In this document: piece after piece, positions 20,632 through 33,644 of the stretch | Layout: each line of letters starts with the position of its first letter | Numbering within the stretch: the first letter of the stretch is position 1 | Source: Rhynchopus sp. YZ270_cl-10 | Lineage: Eukaryota | Direction: 5' to 3' | NCBI GenBank assembly: GCA_964035575.1 | Contig: OZ037836.1 | Location: forward strand, 434,001 to 498,000 | Length of the DNA: 64,000 bases | Program-made: the position numbers and the translations under genes | The notes under the pieces: generated by a model | The model's database searches: none | What the model was told of the DNA's origin: nothing | The model's input: the letters and a program-made list of their open reading frames with translations, nothing else

Positions 20632-21403
20632 CCATACTTATCGCTAAATATGCCGTTTTTCCCGAAAAATTTTAGAATTCCACGCCCAATTTCTTTCTTT
20701 TTGGCAAAAAAAAAGGTCCTCAGAAGCTCAATTCCGGAAACAAATACGGGGGGAGCGACGTTTTCCAACTCCTCCGCCATCAGCAGGAACACCTCCGTTT
20801 TCTCTTGAATCTGTGACGCTTGTTGCTGAGAAACAGGGCAACAGCGCGTTCAAGCATATTCCCCATATTTTCAGTGTTAAACTCGTGGCGAAGCCACGGT
20901 ACGCAACATTTCTAAAAAATGCGCTTACAATTGCACCTTTTTTTACAGCCAAACTATGTCATGGAAAGGATGTAATGCAAGCTTGCGCCGCAGGCGCATG
21001 GTACGCTACTTTTTTCTTTGCCCTTATCCTTCTTTCTCACTCCTCATTGCTTCCCAAAGGTTCTGGCGAAGCCACGGTACGCAACATTTCTTTAAAATGT
21101 TGACATAAAATGGCACTTTTGTTGGTAACTATCGTCCAGTTCCGTAAATTTTACTTCCATATTTTGCTAAAACGAAAGTTTCTAGCGAAGCCACGGTACG
21201 CAACATTTCTAAAAATTGCGCTTAAAATTGCCTACTATGTCGCGGGAAGGGTGGGTTGAAAGCTCGCGCCGCAGTGCATCTTCCTTTTCCGGTAAAATAG
21301 AAGAAAATTGTCTTCTAAAAATAGAATTCTGTGGGGGGTAGGTGAGAGGTGGGCGGAGCCCCCACTCCTCACCTAACCCCACCCCAGCCTCAATCCAAAA
21401 CCC
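20632..21403 (+). repeat. Dispersed repeat, near-identical to 27264-28095 (hAT-derived family carrying GGCGAAGCCACGGTACGCAACATTTC motifs)
   Basis: Direct comparison of the two segments. The motif also occurs at ~13123, 25499, 25619 and 45973, and inverted at ~61525. Confidence 0.85.
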
Positions 21404-23404
21404 TGTATTTTTTTTTTTGGTATTTTTTGAGCTGAGATTTTCAAAAAATACCAAAAATACCAGGGTCAACCGCTGTGATGCTCATTGTTTAGAACACAGG
21501 GCTATTTCTAAATATGGGGTCCGGAGTCCAAAATCCAATCCGGGACACAATTTTGGCAGATTTATTTTGGGCCAAAAACGTCTTTATTTACATTTTTGGG
21601 ATTCGCCCGTGCAGTGGTGGGGTCAATCTCGAAAATTGGATTTTTTGACCACATAAATTTTGGGAAATATGAGCCCGGTCACTTATACGTGGGCCCATTT
21701 TCGGCTAAAATTTTCCTCAAAATCCGGGTTTGTAAAATTGACCCTTCTGTGAAGGAAGGTTGTGGAAAAGGGTCCTTATTTGCATTTTTGGAAGCCGCCC
21801 GTGCAGTGGTGGGGTCAATTTGCAGAATTGGGCAAGTTCTTGCAAGACAACGGGTAATGTTTGTTAGATCTAAGGAGGGAAGGGGAGCGTTTGTAGCTCA
21901 CACAGCACCCCAAACCCTGGCCTCTCTGTCCACAGCACACAGCTCTTCCCCTGAGTTCCATTTGTGCCTCAACATGCTGAGCGCATCTTCAGTACGATGG
22001 GTGGATGAGCGAGAAGAGGCGCAACTGGCTAGTTGCACCAAAGCTGCACAAGCTTGTGGTCGTAGCACGCAGTTTGCGCGAGAGCAAGCCGCCACAAGAG
22101 AATGGTTGCAGGAGGAGAAGGAGCGTGCGGGAGCTATATTGACTGCGACGCGACAGCTGAGGACCCCAAGGTTGATGATGATGCTGAGCATCACGACTCT
22201 GACATCAGTGAAGGCTCTTGGGACTAAACGCATACAGTCTTGTCCGTACCCATTTCTCCCACACAAGTCACCACCCCCTTGTGACTTGCCTGTAACAGTG
22301 GAAACGTTTCCCTCCCAGCCGCAAACCTGTTCAGTGTATCGTGAGCCACTGCAGTGACCCACTCACGCTCGACCCTGTCCCTCCTTGTAAACAGTTCGCC
22401 TTCTCCTACGTTGTGCTAAGGAAAACCAAAAAACATGATCAAAAATGATGGGCACGGGGGTCAGACTCCACTTCTGACCACCTAAAATTAGGTCATACAC
22501 GTGTTATACCCCAAACTGACTAAGAAATTTTCCCAGTGTTCGATGGTGATCGAATTAAATCGGTGGTAAAAAGTGAAAAATGGGGCATGCCAGGCCCACG
22601 TCAATCAGCCTAAAAATGTTGCAACTTTAAACGCGCGTCTCTCCCGTACACCAATATACACTTTTTAACACATACAGTACAGCAAGGGAAAACCAAGGGA
22701 TTTTACCCTGTGTTCTCCTTGTTACTGGCTGCACTAACCTAATCATCAAAACTGCTCGATTTTGGCTTTATCTAAAAGATCGACATCAATTCTTACGAAA
22801 TATAATTTATTTTACGATTTTGAGTAGAATTCTGTTTGCAGGGCGAAGTCACGAGGCAGGGGGTGATTTTGGGGGTGAGCGCCAAAAAAAGTCCTTTTCC
22901 TAGGGTTGACCCACCTCCCTCCAGCATCCAACGATATGACATTTTCACGAAAGTTGTCGATTCTTGCCTTATTATTGTCACACAGAAAAAAAATGTTTTT
23001 ACGAAAATGAGTAGAACCCCATTACCCCTACCAACGTGTGGCATTCGTGCGCCACTATAGTGGCACTTGCCATGGGTAAAAACGGTTTTCTGGTTTTAGT
23101 GCCTCGCTGGCGACATCCGTTGGGGGGGATTCTGGTGTGAGAATGTTCTCGATTTTTGCTTTATTTGAAAGATTCGCCACAAAATCGTTTCAAGGAAAAG
23201 AGTCGGTCAAAAAGTCCAAGTAGAACCCAGAAACTCTCCCTTGCCACCCATTTCACGCCCATGCCCCTTGTACTACTAGGGGAAAAAAAAAAAACGATCG
23301 TGAAAAAAAAAAAACGATCGTGAAAAAAAAAAAAAAATGTCAAGATCTTGAAAAAAAGTTCAAGATCTTGAAAAAAACCGTCACGATCGTTCTCACACTA
23401 TGTT

Positions 23405-23675
23405 TTTTGACCCAAAAAATTTTTTTTCGACAAGGCAACGGGAAAAATGACTAAGGGGAAAGGGGAAAAAAGGGAAAAACGGGAATTTGGAGGATCCTCT
23501 ATTTTGAGGATCGTTTTCACAGTCACATTTTACCTTAGCAAAATCTGAAAAAAAAATTTTTTTTTTCGAAAAATTTTTGGACCCCTGGGGTGGGTCTTGG
23601 GGCACCGAAAAATGCAAAAAAAACGTAAAAATCGGGTGTTTTGAGCATCTGTGGTTACACCATATACACGTCTGT
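23405..23675 (+). repeat. Uninterrupted (empty-site) paralog of the retrotransposon target repeat
   Basis: Runs from GACCCAAAAAAT through GGGAAAAACGGG...GTGGTTACACCATATACACG, with the 188-bp segment present only once. Confidence 0.85.
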
Positions 23676-25956
23676 AACCCCACATAGGCCCATTACCATG
23701 GTTTCGTTAGCTCTTGTGGCATGCCCTCCTGCAGTTTCCTGCTCATCGGCGGCCTCTAGTCCGTGTGGACTTGGGCCACTACCAGCTTCCGGAGGAGCGA
23801 CGCTCACGTGCGAGCGTCGGACCGGTCACTGCTCTGGGTGCCATGTGCTTTAGCCAATTCTTGACGAGGATGGGGGTGCAGACCGCCAAGTCCGGACGGT
23901 CGGAGGGAACCTTCCCCACCGCACGTCAGTTCTCCTAAGCTCCTTGTGACTTGACTCGTGCCGGTGCTGGTGTCTCTTCTTGTGACCCACCGAGCACGCA
24001 GCCAACAGTGCGTCAAACCCTCAAGATCCTGTAGCACCGAGGGTGTGTGAACCCCAATCGTCTGCGTCAGGACATACGCCGTCTGCCATCAAGCGGAGGG
24101 TGCTCCAATACTCCTCAGACACGAAGGAGCAATCACAGCGATCACGAACCACGCGATTGAGGCGGTTTCACAGGTGGTCAGCGGGGGAAGCATACGAGGC
24201 TTCACAAAGCAACACCGCTTCCGGAGATGACCGGCTCCCCTCTTCCTCAACATGCACCAGAGCCCTATTTTTCACAAGCGGTCCCGAAACCTTAAAGTTT
24301 GCGCAAGCCCTGGAGTCATCCGATGACGCAAGGCAAGTCACTCTCCCAAAGCGATGGCATTGGATGGCAGTATCCGAAGTCAGACCTCCGGGAAATATTG
24401 AATCCTTAATGGACGACTTCAATGTGATCGCTGCCTTCTCCCTCTACGTCCCACCCTTCAAGAACACGGAGACTCGCAAGCTGCAAGTAATTTGAGGTTG
24501 TTTCTGCGAGCCCCGACCTAAACCGTTCATCTTCAGAGATATGTACAGTGTGCGCACTACTTTCCGCAGGAAGAACGGGCCCATTTTGGGCTCCGACCTC
24601 AGAGGCCGTTTTCGAAGACAGCTACAGTGGGATATTTTGGTTCCTCAATTTTTTATAACAAAAGCGAAAATCTGCCTATGTGCTTGAAAAATGCTGTGCA
24701 TTTTTGGTAGAATTTTTTAAAAATTGCTATACTCCCCTATGACTGGACCCAACTCCCCTCACTCTTTTTTTGGTCAAAAACACCCCAAATTTTTCTACCG
24801 TTTTTTCCGTTTTTTCCGTTTTTGACCTTTTTAGACACCCTCCTGCGTTCAGTAAATATTTTTAGAAAAAAAAGGAGGATGCGTTCAATGAAATCATTTG
24901 TGTAGAAAAGTATCGAGGATGTAGGTTTTATTATTTTTTGACCATGTCCTTCTTTCTCACTCCTCATTGGGTTCTACGAGCTCCGTCCGTCAAATGGTGG
25001 GTCACAACATGCAGCAAAGTTCGCAGCTATGCTAACTGCTCCCACGTTCACTTTGCATTTTTCCTTCAAAGTCAAGTACTGACCATATTTTGCACACAAA
25101 ACCTGAAAATGGCCTGTATAAAACTGACACATGCATTTTAGGTCAAAAGTACTCATTTCTCAGCGCAAAGTGACCCCATCACAGCACGCACAGACTCGGA
25201 AGAACCAGGCATTATGCTAACTCGGCCGGGTTCCTAAATGGGGGGAACGATGGAAAAAAAAAAAAAAAAGAGGGCAAAAGGGGTCCCGAGCTTTCCCCCC
25301 GCAAAAGCGGTCGCTGCGCGCGCTTCGCGCGCGCGACTCCCTGTCAGCACAAGAAGATGAGGCTCTTTCTCCCCTCTGATGCACAAAATCGTGAAAGGCA
25401 GGTGGGGAGGGTGAACCACAAGCCGTAGTGGGTGTCAGCCTCTTATCAGTAACCTCAGTACATCTATAAAAGAAGCGGCGGTCATGGCATCCAGTTCCTG
25501 GCGAAGCCACGGTACGCAACATTTCTAAAAAAATGTTGCCATAAAACGGCACTGTCGTTGGTAATTATCAACAGTTGCCGTAAATTTTACTTCTATATTT
25601 TGCTAAAACGAAAGTTTCTGGCGAAGCCACGGTACGCAACATTTCTAAAAAATGCGCTTAAAATTGCACACTTTTACAGCCAAACTATGTCATGGGAAGG
25701 GTGGGCTGCAAGCTGCGCCGCAGGCGCACGGTACGCTACTTTTATTCTTTCGCCACGCTGCATGCTTCCTTTTCCTTCAGCATTTGACCAATTGAGTCGC
25801 ATTCTGGTCTCCCACGGTGGGCCCTTGAGCCCCCAGGGTCTCTGCATCTGTGACACACCCCACAGTACAGTCCATGGAACGATGGAATGATGCCACCTTT
25901 TTCCCAGGGGGAACGATGGAACGATGCCACCTTTTTCCTAGGGGGAACGATGGAAC

Positions 25957-26775
25957 CAGGGCTATTTCTAAATATGGGGTCCGGGGGGTCCAAAATCCAA
26001 TCCGGGACACAAATTTTTTGGCAGATTTATTTTGTGCCAAAAACGTCCTTATTTGCATTTTTGGGATTCACCCGTGCAGTGGTGGGGTCAATCTCGAAAA
26101 TTGGACAATTTTTTGACCACTTAGATTTTTTGAAAATATGAGCCCGGTCACTAATACGTGGGGCCCATTTTCAGCCAAAAAATGCTGCTCAAAAAAATTT
26201 TACCCTGAAAATTTTTCAGGCCCCAAAACATACCGCGATTGGCATTTCCGGAATCTGTCCGCGCTGTGGTGGGGTCAATTTGCCGAAATGGCCAAGTTCT
26301 TGGTTTTGGTCAAAATGAGTGTAAGGTAAAGGGGCCAAGGTAAATCCCACAACCCAGATTTTCTCCCCCAGATGCTGAAACATGAAAATGCGCGAAAACA
26401 CCGGCATTTGCATTTCCAGAATCCGTCCGTTCTGTGGTGGGGTCAATTTGCAGAATTGGGCAAGTTCTTGGTTTTTGTTAAAATGAGTACGGTGCCAGTG
26501 TGATGTTAGTGTAGAGAACAAGTTTTCTAAGAAACCCCCTCATAGCGCCTCCGGCACGCGGCCTGGTGCGCCCTCTAGGATTTTTCAGAATACACCAAAA
26601 CCCCCGTTATTTGCACAATCTGGAAGAAAACTTTTCAACACAAAAAAAATCGGCAACTTTCTTCAAGCAGAAAGCCCACCCCCCTCTCTGTAAGTACTGT
26701 AGTACGTGCAAATTTTTTGGCAACTTTCATTTTCCAAAAATCAGGGACAGGGACAGGTTTTTAGAAATAGCCCTG
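25957..26775. mobile_element. hAT-type non-autonomous element
   Basis: TIRs CAGGGCTATTTCTAAA / TTTAGAAATAGCCCTG; 8-bp TSD GATGGAAC. Another left end is at ~21497. Confidence 0.88.
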
Positions 26776-26803
26776 GATGGAACGATGGAAATATATATAA
26801 TTC

Positions 26804-26942
26804 TAGTGTAATTATTTCCTCATAATTACACGCGGGGGGGTTCTGGCACGAGTTTTCCAATAATCGCACGAGCGCAGCGAGTGCGATTAGGAAAACGAGT
26901 GCCAGAACCCCCCCAAGTGTAATTACGGGAATAATTACACTA
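26804..26942. repeat. ~140-bp imperfect palindrome
   Basis: TAGTGTAATTA..GGGGGTTCTGGCAC..AATCGCAC [GAGCGCAGCGA] GTGCGATT..GTGCCAGAACCCCC..TAATTACACTA. Confidence 0.85.
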
Positions 26943-28306
26943 AATTAGATATTTTATTATCGCGCAATTATGGTCGAGTACAAAAATCCGGCGGGTTCCA
27001 AGAAGGTAATCAGAACCTGGAGTGAGGGTGGTATGGTGTTAAGTGTGAGTGTGAGTGACAAGTAAAGAGAAAATGTGCAGATGGGCTCTTCACAATCATT
27101 AGCCATGTGCTCGGCAGTCTTGTTCGAACTACGGCTACTTGGAAGACGTCCGTCGTCTATTGTGTGGATTTGTATGGATCTTTGTGATTTTTTGTTGACT
27201 TTTTTTCAAAAAAAAAAATTTTTTTTTTGTGTACAAAAAATGTGTTCCCCATGTCGTGGCAGGCCATACTTATCGCTAAATATGCCGTTTTTCCCGAAAA
27301 ATTTTAGAATCCCACGCCCAATTTCTTTCTTTTTGGCAAAAAAAAAAAATTTCGCGCTTCGCGCGAAAAAGGCCCTCAGAAGCTCAATTCCGGAAACAAA
27401 TACGGGAGGGAGCGACGTTTTCCAACTCCTCCGCCATCAGCAGGAACACCTCCGTTTTCTCTTGAATCTGTGACGCTTGTTGCTGAGAAACAGGGCAACA
27501 GCGTGTTCAAGAATATTCCCCATCTTTTCAGTGTTAAACTCGTGGCGAAGCCACGGTACGCAACATTTCTAAAAAATGCGCTTACAATTGCACCTTTTTT
27601 TACAGCCAAACTATGTCATTGAAAGGATGGAATGCAAGCTTGCGCCGCAGGCGCATGGTACGCTACTTTTTTCTTTGCCCTTATCCTTCTTTCTCACTCC
27701 TCATTGCTTCCCAAAGGTTCTGGCGAAGCCACGTACGCAACATTTCTTTAAAATGTTGACATAAAAAGGCACTTTTGTTGGTAACTATGGTCTAGTTCCG
27801 TAAATTTTACTTCCATATTTTGCTAAACCGAAAGTTTCTAGCGAAGCCACGGTACGCAATAGTTCCAAAAATTGCGCTTAAAATTGCCTACTATGTCGCG
27901 GGAAGGGTGGGTTGCAAGCTCGCGCCGCAGGCGCACGGTACGCTACATTTTTCCTTTCACCATGCTGCATCTTCCTTTTCCGGTAAAATAGAAGAAATTT
28001 GTCTTAAGTAAAAATAGAATTCTGTGGGGGGTAGGTGAGAGGTGGGCGGAGCCCCCACTCCTCACCTAACCCCACCCCAGCCTCAATCCAAAACCCAAAT
28101 TACCACGTATGGACACGTACGGATTCCACCTTTTCAAAACAATTCACGTATGGATTTCCATACGTTCCACACGTGGAGCGTAATCCCTGTCACCAGAGTC
28201 ACTCAACGAACCCTTTTTTGCGGAGCAAAAAATGAAAAAATGGCGCCGCAGGCAAAAAAATTTAAGGTACAGGATGCAACCCAGTTCCCCAGGTGCATAT
28301 CCTGGA

Positions 28307-28510
28307 AGGAAATTTATTTCCTGAGGGAAATTTATTTCCTCAGGGAAATTTATTGCCTGAGAGAAATTTATTTCCTGAGGCAAATTTATTGCCTGAGGCA
28401 AATTTATTTCCTGAGGGAAATTTATTTCCTCAGGGAAATTTATTGCCTGAGACAAATTTATTTCCTGAGGGAAATTTACTGCCCGAGGGGAAATTTATTT
28501 CCTGGGGGGA
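28307..28510. repeat. 18-bp minisatellite (GGAAATTTATTTCCTGAG-like) x ~11
   Basis: Directly visible; each unit contains the GGAAAT..ATTTCC inverted repeat. Confidence 0.92.
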
Positions 28511-28861
28511 AAATTTTTTTCCTGGGGGGAAAATTTTTTCCCTGGGTAAAAATTTTTTTTCCTGGGCAAAAAAAATTTCTTTCCGGCCGATTTTTTTCTT
28601 TCTTTTGGGAAAAAATATCGCCACGTACCACGGCTAGTTAGCTACAAGTATGTGGCAGGCCGAAAAAAAAATTTTTTTTCGCGTGTAATTATTTCCTTAA
28701 TTTTACTGTCAAAATTTTTACGGCTATTTTATACACAATCCTTAATCCCACTAGTGGGATTAAGGATCTTAAAAATACTTTTTTGGTCAGGATTTTTGTA
28801 CGAGACCTTAATCACAGACGTTAACGGGTAACGCGCCACACCATTTAAACATTTTGAAAGC

Positions 28862-30950
28862 CTCCACTATGTGTTCCTTTTGAACGTGGCCACCATTCTT
28901 TGGTTCACTTGCCCTGCTGAGGCAGAGTGGCTGTTCTTCAGTTTTGTATTTTCATGACTTTTCAGTTTCTCTATCCTCTGCGATATGACGCGCAAACACG
29001 CCGTTTTCAATTTGATTCGCAGACCGATACTGACTCACGAAGTTGCTGTGTCAAAAAAACACCTTCCTCTGCGAGGCGGGATACCACAGCGACAACGTCT
29101 ATCACTCATGCGCCTATGAGTTGCTCAATGGCGTCATGGCTTTTATCATGACTACAGGGGTCCAACCCTGCACATTGCTCTCACAACCAAAATATGAACA
29201 GACACAAATGAAGCGGGGAAAACAGAATTTGCACACACATTCTGTTGATTCTAACACGGGGGTAAAAACAGCAAAAGAGAATATTTGTAGAGCGGCTGAA
29301 ATGTTGAACACTGAAATACAAAGGTTTGGGTCTGAATAGCGTGGCTTCTTCTGGTGGTTGAAAATACTTATATTTCATTTCATTTTGAAACAATGTAAAA
29401 TTCTTCTCGAAATTGTTCAAGATTGAACTGAGAGAAAGAAGAAACCCCAAACCCTCCCAGACCAAACGGTCTAACATGTTGTATTGATATAGTGTGGGGG
29501 TGAAGTGAGGAGCACAAGAATCGTCTTCGCGCTTTTCTTTAGTATTTTGTGACATATGCACACAAGTGCGGAACGTGCTGCCTCACATGCACACACATTT
29601 GCGCTTTGTCTTCTTGAGATCAGGCCTCTGCACGACGTCGCTTGCCTCATCGTCCATGAGGACACTGTGCACATGTTCTGACACAACACTGCTCGATCCG
29701 GTGATGTTGATGCTGCTTGGCCGCATCCTGCTTTCGTTAAGTGCTCCATTCCCAATGTGCTGCACACTAGCCCACCCAGACAGGTCAAGTGTTCTCAACT
29801 CACGGCAGTTGGAGATGAACCAGTCTCCAATGCGTGTTACATTGCTCCACCCAGACAAGTTAAGACTGGTCAATGCGCTGCAGTTGGAGAGGAAGTAGTC
29901 ATCAATACCGGCCACATCGTTCCACCCAGACAAGTCCAGTGTGGTCAATGAGGTGCAGTTGGAGAGGAAGTACCTCCCTATTTCCGTTACATTGATCCAC
30001 CCAGATACATCAACGGTTCGCAATGCGCTGCAGTTGTAGAGAAAAGCGCACTGAATAAGCGTTACACTGTTCCACCCAGAGATGTTAAGTGTCGTCAACG
30101 CGCTGCAGTTGTCGAGGAACGAATCCCCTATTTGCGATACACTGTTCCACCCAGATATATCAAGTGTGGTCAGAGACCTGCAGTTGTAGAGGAACGAGTT
30201 CTCAATGCGCGGCACATGGTTCCACCCAGATAAATCAAGTGTTCGCAATCCCTTGCAGTTGAAGAGGAAAGCATACTCAATGTGCGTCACATTGCTCCAC
30301 CCAGATAAATCAGCAGTGTGCAATGAGCTGCACTCGGAGAGGAAGTTGTCGCGTATTTTGGTCACACCTGTCACACCACTGAGATCAAGTGCTTCGAACG
30401 TGCCACCTGACAAGAAGCCATTTGGGATCTCAGTAACAACCTCTGCCTGCAGAAACAAACGAATCAGCTTGGGATCTGTCAGATCTTCGAACTTGTCTGT
30501 CGTCAGCCTTGTCTCACCCAAGTCACGAAGAGCTGCAATGGCGTCGTCCTTCTGCGACTTCGTCTTCGTCAGCACAACTGTGTCCCCAGCACTTCAGCTG
30601 CGTGATGTAGTCTCCTGCGGCCAGCAGCTTCCCTCCGAAGCTCATGTCAAAGCCGTCTTCGCACAACTCTGCTGCAGACGCCACCTTCCGCCGTATGTCC
30701 GCAGTTGTATCATCCACACCCACCTCGACTGTGTACTTCTCTCCGTCAAAGCTCTCCACACATATTTCCATGGTTTTGTGTCTCTCTGTTTTGTGCAAGG
30801 TGTTTTGGGGGTAAGAAGAAGAATCAAGCACAGGACACGTTGGTCAGTCAAGTCGCTCGACACTCCTGCTAATGCTCTTGCAACGTGAAGTGTGTTGCGT
30901 ACTGGCTGTGTGTGTGTGTGGTGTGCAAGAGACAACAAACAGTTACAAGG
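28862..30950 (+). repeat. Segmental duplication of 5272-~7200 plus the family upstream region
   Basis: Near-identical to copy B and its downstream intergenic DNA. Confidence 0.9.
29583..30771 (-). pseudogene. Ubl-LRR-CaaX copy D with a +1 frameshift (or a sequencing error)
   Basis: Extra T at 30593/30594 (GCACTTCAGCTG versus GCACTCAGCTG in the paralogs) splits the ORF. The LRR region is almost identical to copy B. Confidence 0.8.
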
Positions 30951-31799
30951 GAACAGGTTTTTGTTACACTGGTGAGCTCATAAACAGACGTTACAGAGTT
31001 GTAGTCGCAAGGGGCACCCGTGAGACGCAGTTAGATACACTCGTTCTCAGCCACTCACTTACGAAGGGAACTGCGGTTAGCGCTTCGCGTCAAGTCACTA
31101 CAGTTGTGGGGACAATGTTATGTCGCGGGAGCTTCGCGACTGTCGGCCATGTCAGTACCGTACCGTGATATAATTTCTCATATAATTAAACGGTAACTAA
31201 ACGGTGTGCAAGGCACTGTCACCACCAACCACCCCCAACAAGCAAAAGGGTTCAAAGTCGTCCGGCGCGGGAAAGGGATGCACAATGGACGACATCTTCG
31301 GGTCGGCCCCCCTCCAGCAAAAAGGGCAAGTCGAAGGACGGCGGAAAGACGGGAAAGGGGACGGGAAAGGGGGCGGAGGTGACGGAGGAGATGGAGCGGT
31401 GGAAGTCAACTGCGAAATGGGATATTATATTTGGTTTGATCCATAGAAGTGAAATAGAAGTGAAATTCTATTATTTCAGGCACAAAAAACGCAACTGCAA
31501 AAAGGGGTGGGGCGTGAGTGGGGCGGGTCTTTCTTGGATTCGGGGGGGGAAACAACAAAACATGCATCACATCGGCGACCTTGACAGCAGTATCGATACT
31601 GGCAAAAAAAAAAGCAAATACACATGATAACAACAGTGCGGGACAAATTCAAAAAACAAACAAAGGGGGGGCAGGCACAAGTCAGCGACTGTCAGCAGCT
31701 GACCACATGATGTCTTCTCTTCTGATATTCGTACGTTAGGGGATCTCCTTTTTTTGTGTTCCTTGTTCCTTTTCATATCATTGTTGGCAGTGCGGAAAC

Positions 31800-33105
31800 T
31801 CATGCAGCCTGGTCGTACATCTTCCTCATGACCGGGTGGCAGGTCCTCTCCAGCTTCCTCTGGGAGGACTGGAACTCCTCCTTGGTGGCCTCAGTGCCGC
31901 AGAGCTCGAGGGCACCGTTGCAGGCGTCCATGACCTTCTTCTTGTCGTCGTCGCCGACAAGCCCGCCGGTTCTGTCGTCCATGAGGGTGGTGACCATCTG
32001 GTAGGCGTAGGTCTCGAGCTCGTGTCTGGCGTCGACACGCTCGCGTGCCTGCTTGTCGGCCTCAGCGAACTTCTCTGCGTCGTTGCACATGTCGTCAATC
32101 TCCTTCTGGGACAGACGGCCCTTGTCGTTGGTGATGGTGACCTGCGACTTCTTCCCGGTCGACTTGTCCTCGGCAGACACGTCCATGATGCCGTTCGCGT
32201 CGACGTCAAAGGTCACCTCAATCTGGGGCACGCCACGCGGGGCCGGCGGGATCCCGGTCAGGTCGAAGGTGCCGAGCTGGTGGCAGTCCTTCGTCATCGC
32301 CCGCTCCCCCTCGAACACACAGATGTTCACCACAGGCTGGTTGTCCGCACACGTCGAGAACTCCTGGCTCTTCTTCGTCGGGATCGTCGTGTTCCTCTTG
32401 ATCAGCGGTGTCATCACACCCCCGTCCGTCTCAATCCCCACAGTCAGCGGCGTCACGTCCAGCAGCAGGATCTGCTCCGTCTGCGTGCTCTTTCCCCCCG
32501 TCAGCACAAAGGCCTGCACCGCAGCACCAAAGGCAACAGCCTCGTCGGGGTTGATCGACTTGTTCAGGTCCTTTCCGCCGAAGAAGTCCGACACCATCGC
32601 CTGGATCTTCGGGATACGGGTCGATCCTCCGACCAGCACAACCTCCGTGATGGCCCGCTTCTCAATCTTCGAGTCGTTCAGCACAGACTCCACAGGGCGC
32701 AGGCACGACTTGAACAGGTCCGCGCACAGCTCCTCGAACTTCGCACGTGTGATCGACGAGTAGAAGTCCGTCCCCTCAAACAGCGAGTCGATCTCAATGC
32801 TGGTCTGTGCCGCCGACGACAGCGCACGCTTGGCACGCTCACAGGCAGTGCGCAGACGGCGCAGCGCACGCTGGTTCGTCGTCAGGTCCTTCTTGTGCTT
32901 CTTCTTGAACTCCTCCACGAAGTGGTTCACCATCCGGTTGTCGAAGTCCTCGCCTCCCAAGTGGGTGTCTCCCGCAGTCGCCTTCACCTCGAAGATCCCC
33001 CCGTCAATCGCCAGAAGCGTCACATCGAAGGTACCGCCACCCAGGTCGAAGATCAGGATGTTCTTCTGCCCCGCGCTCGCGTTGTCGAGTCCGTAGGCAA
33101 TCGCC

Positions 33106-33137
<32 letters not shown>

Positions 33138-33644
33138 GTCCATCCCCGAGATCGCCCCTGCGTCCTTCGTCGCCTGACGCTGCGAGTCGTTGAAGTACGC
33201 AGGCACAGTCACAACGCTCTTCTTCACCTCCTTCCCAAGGAACTGCTCCGCCGTCTCCTTCATCTTCACAAGGATCATCGCAGAGATCTCCTCAGGCCTG
33301 AACGTCTTCGTCGTCCCCATGAACGACACCTCAATCAGCGGCTTCCCGTCCTCCTTCGCCACAACCTTGAACGGCCAGTGCTTCATGTCGCTCTGCACAG
33401 ACGAGTCCTCCAGCTTGCGCCCGATCAGACGCTTCGCGTCGAACACCGTGTTCGTCGGGTTCATCGCCACCTGGTTCTTCGCCGCATCTCCGATCAGACG
33501 CTCGCTGTCTGCGAACGCCACGTACGACGGCGTCGTCCGGTTCCCCTGGTTGTTCGCAATGATCTCCACACGCTCGTTCTGCCACACTCCCACACACGAG
33601 TAGGTCGTTCCCAAGTCAATACCGATGGCTCCGTCGTAGGACAT
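31800..33644 (-). CDS. HSP70: Cytosolic-type HSP70 (614 aa), lacking the C-terminal EEVD
   Basis: [30 protein letters not shown] and [12 protein letters not shown] motifs. ATG at 33644; ends MYDQAA*. Confidence 0.97.

Noticed and set aside
23690..24560. GC-rich segment possibly derived from a retroelement
   Set aside because: No convincing motif in the frames examined; left unannotated.
28307..28510. CRISPR-like appearance of palindromic repeats
   Set aside because: Head-to-tail 18-mers without unique spacers, no cas genes, eukaryotic context.
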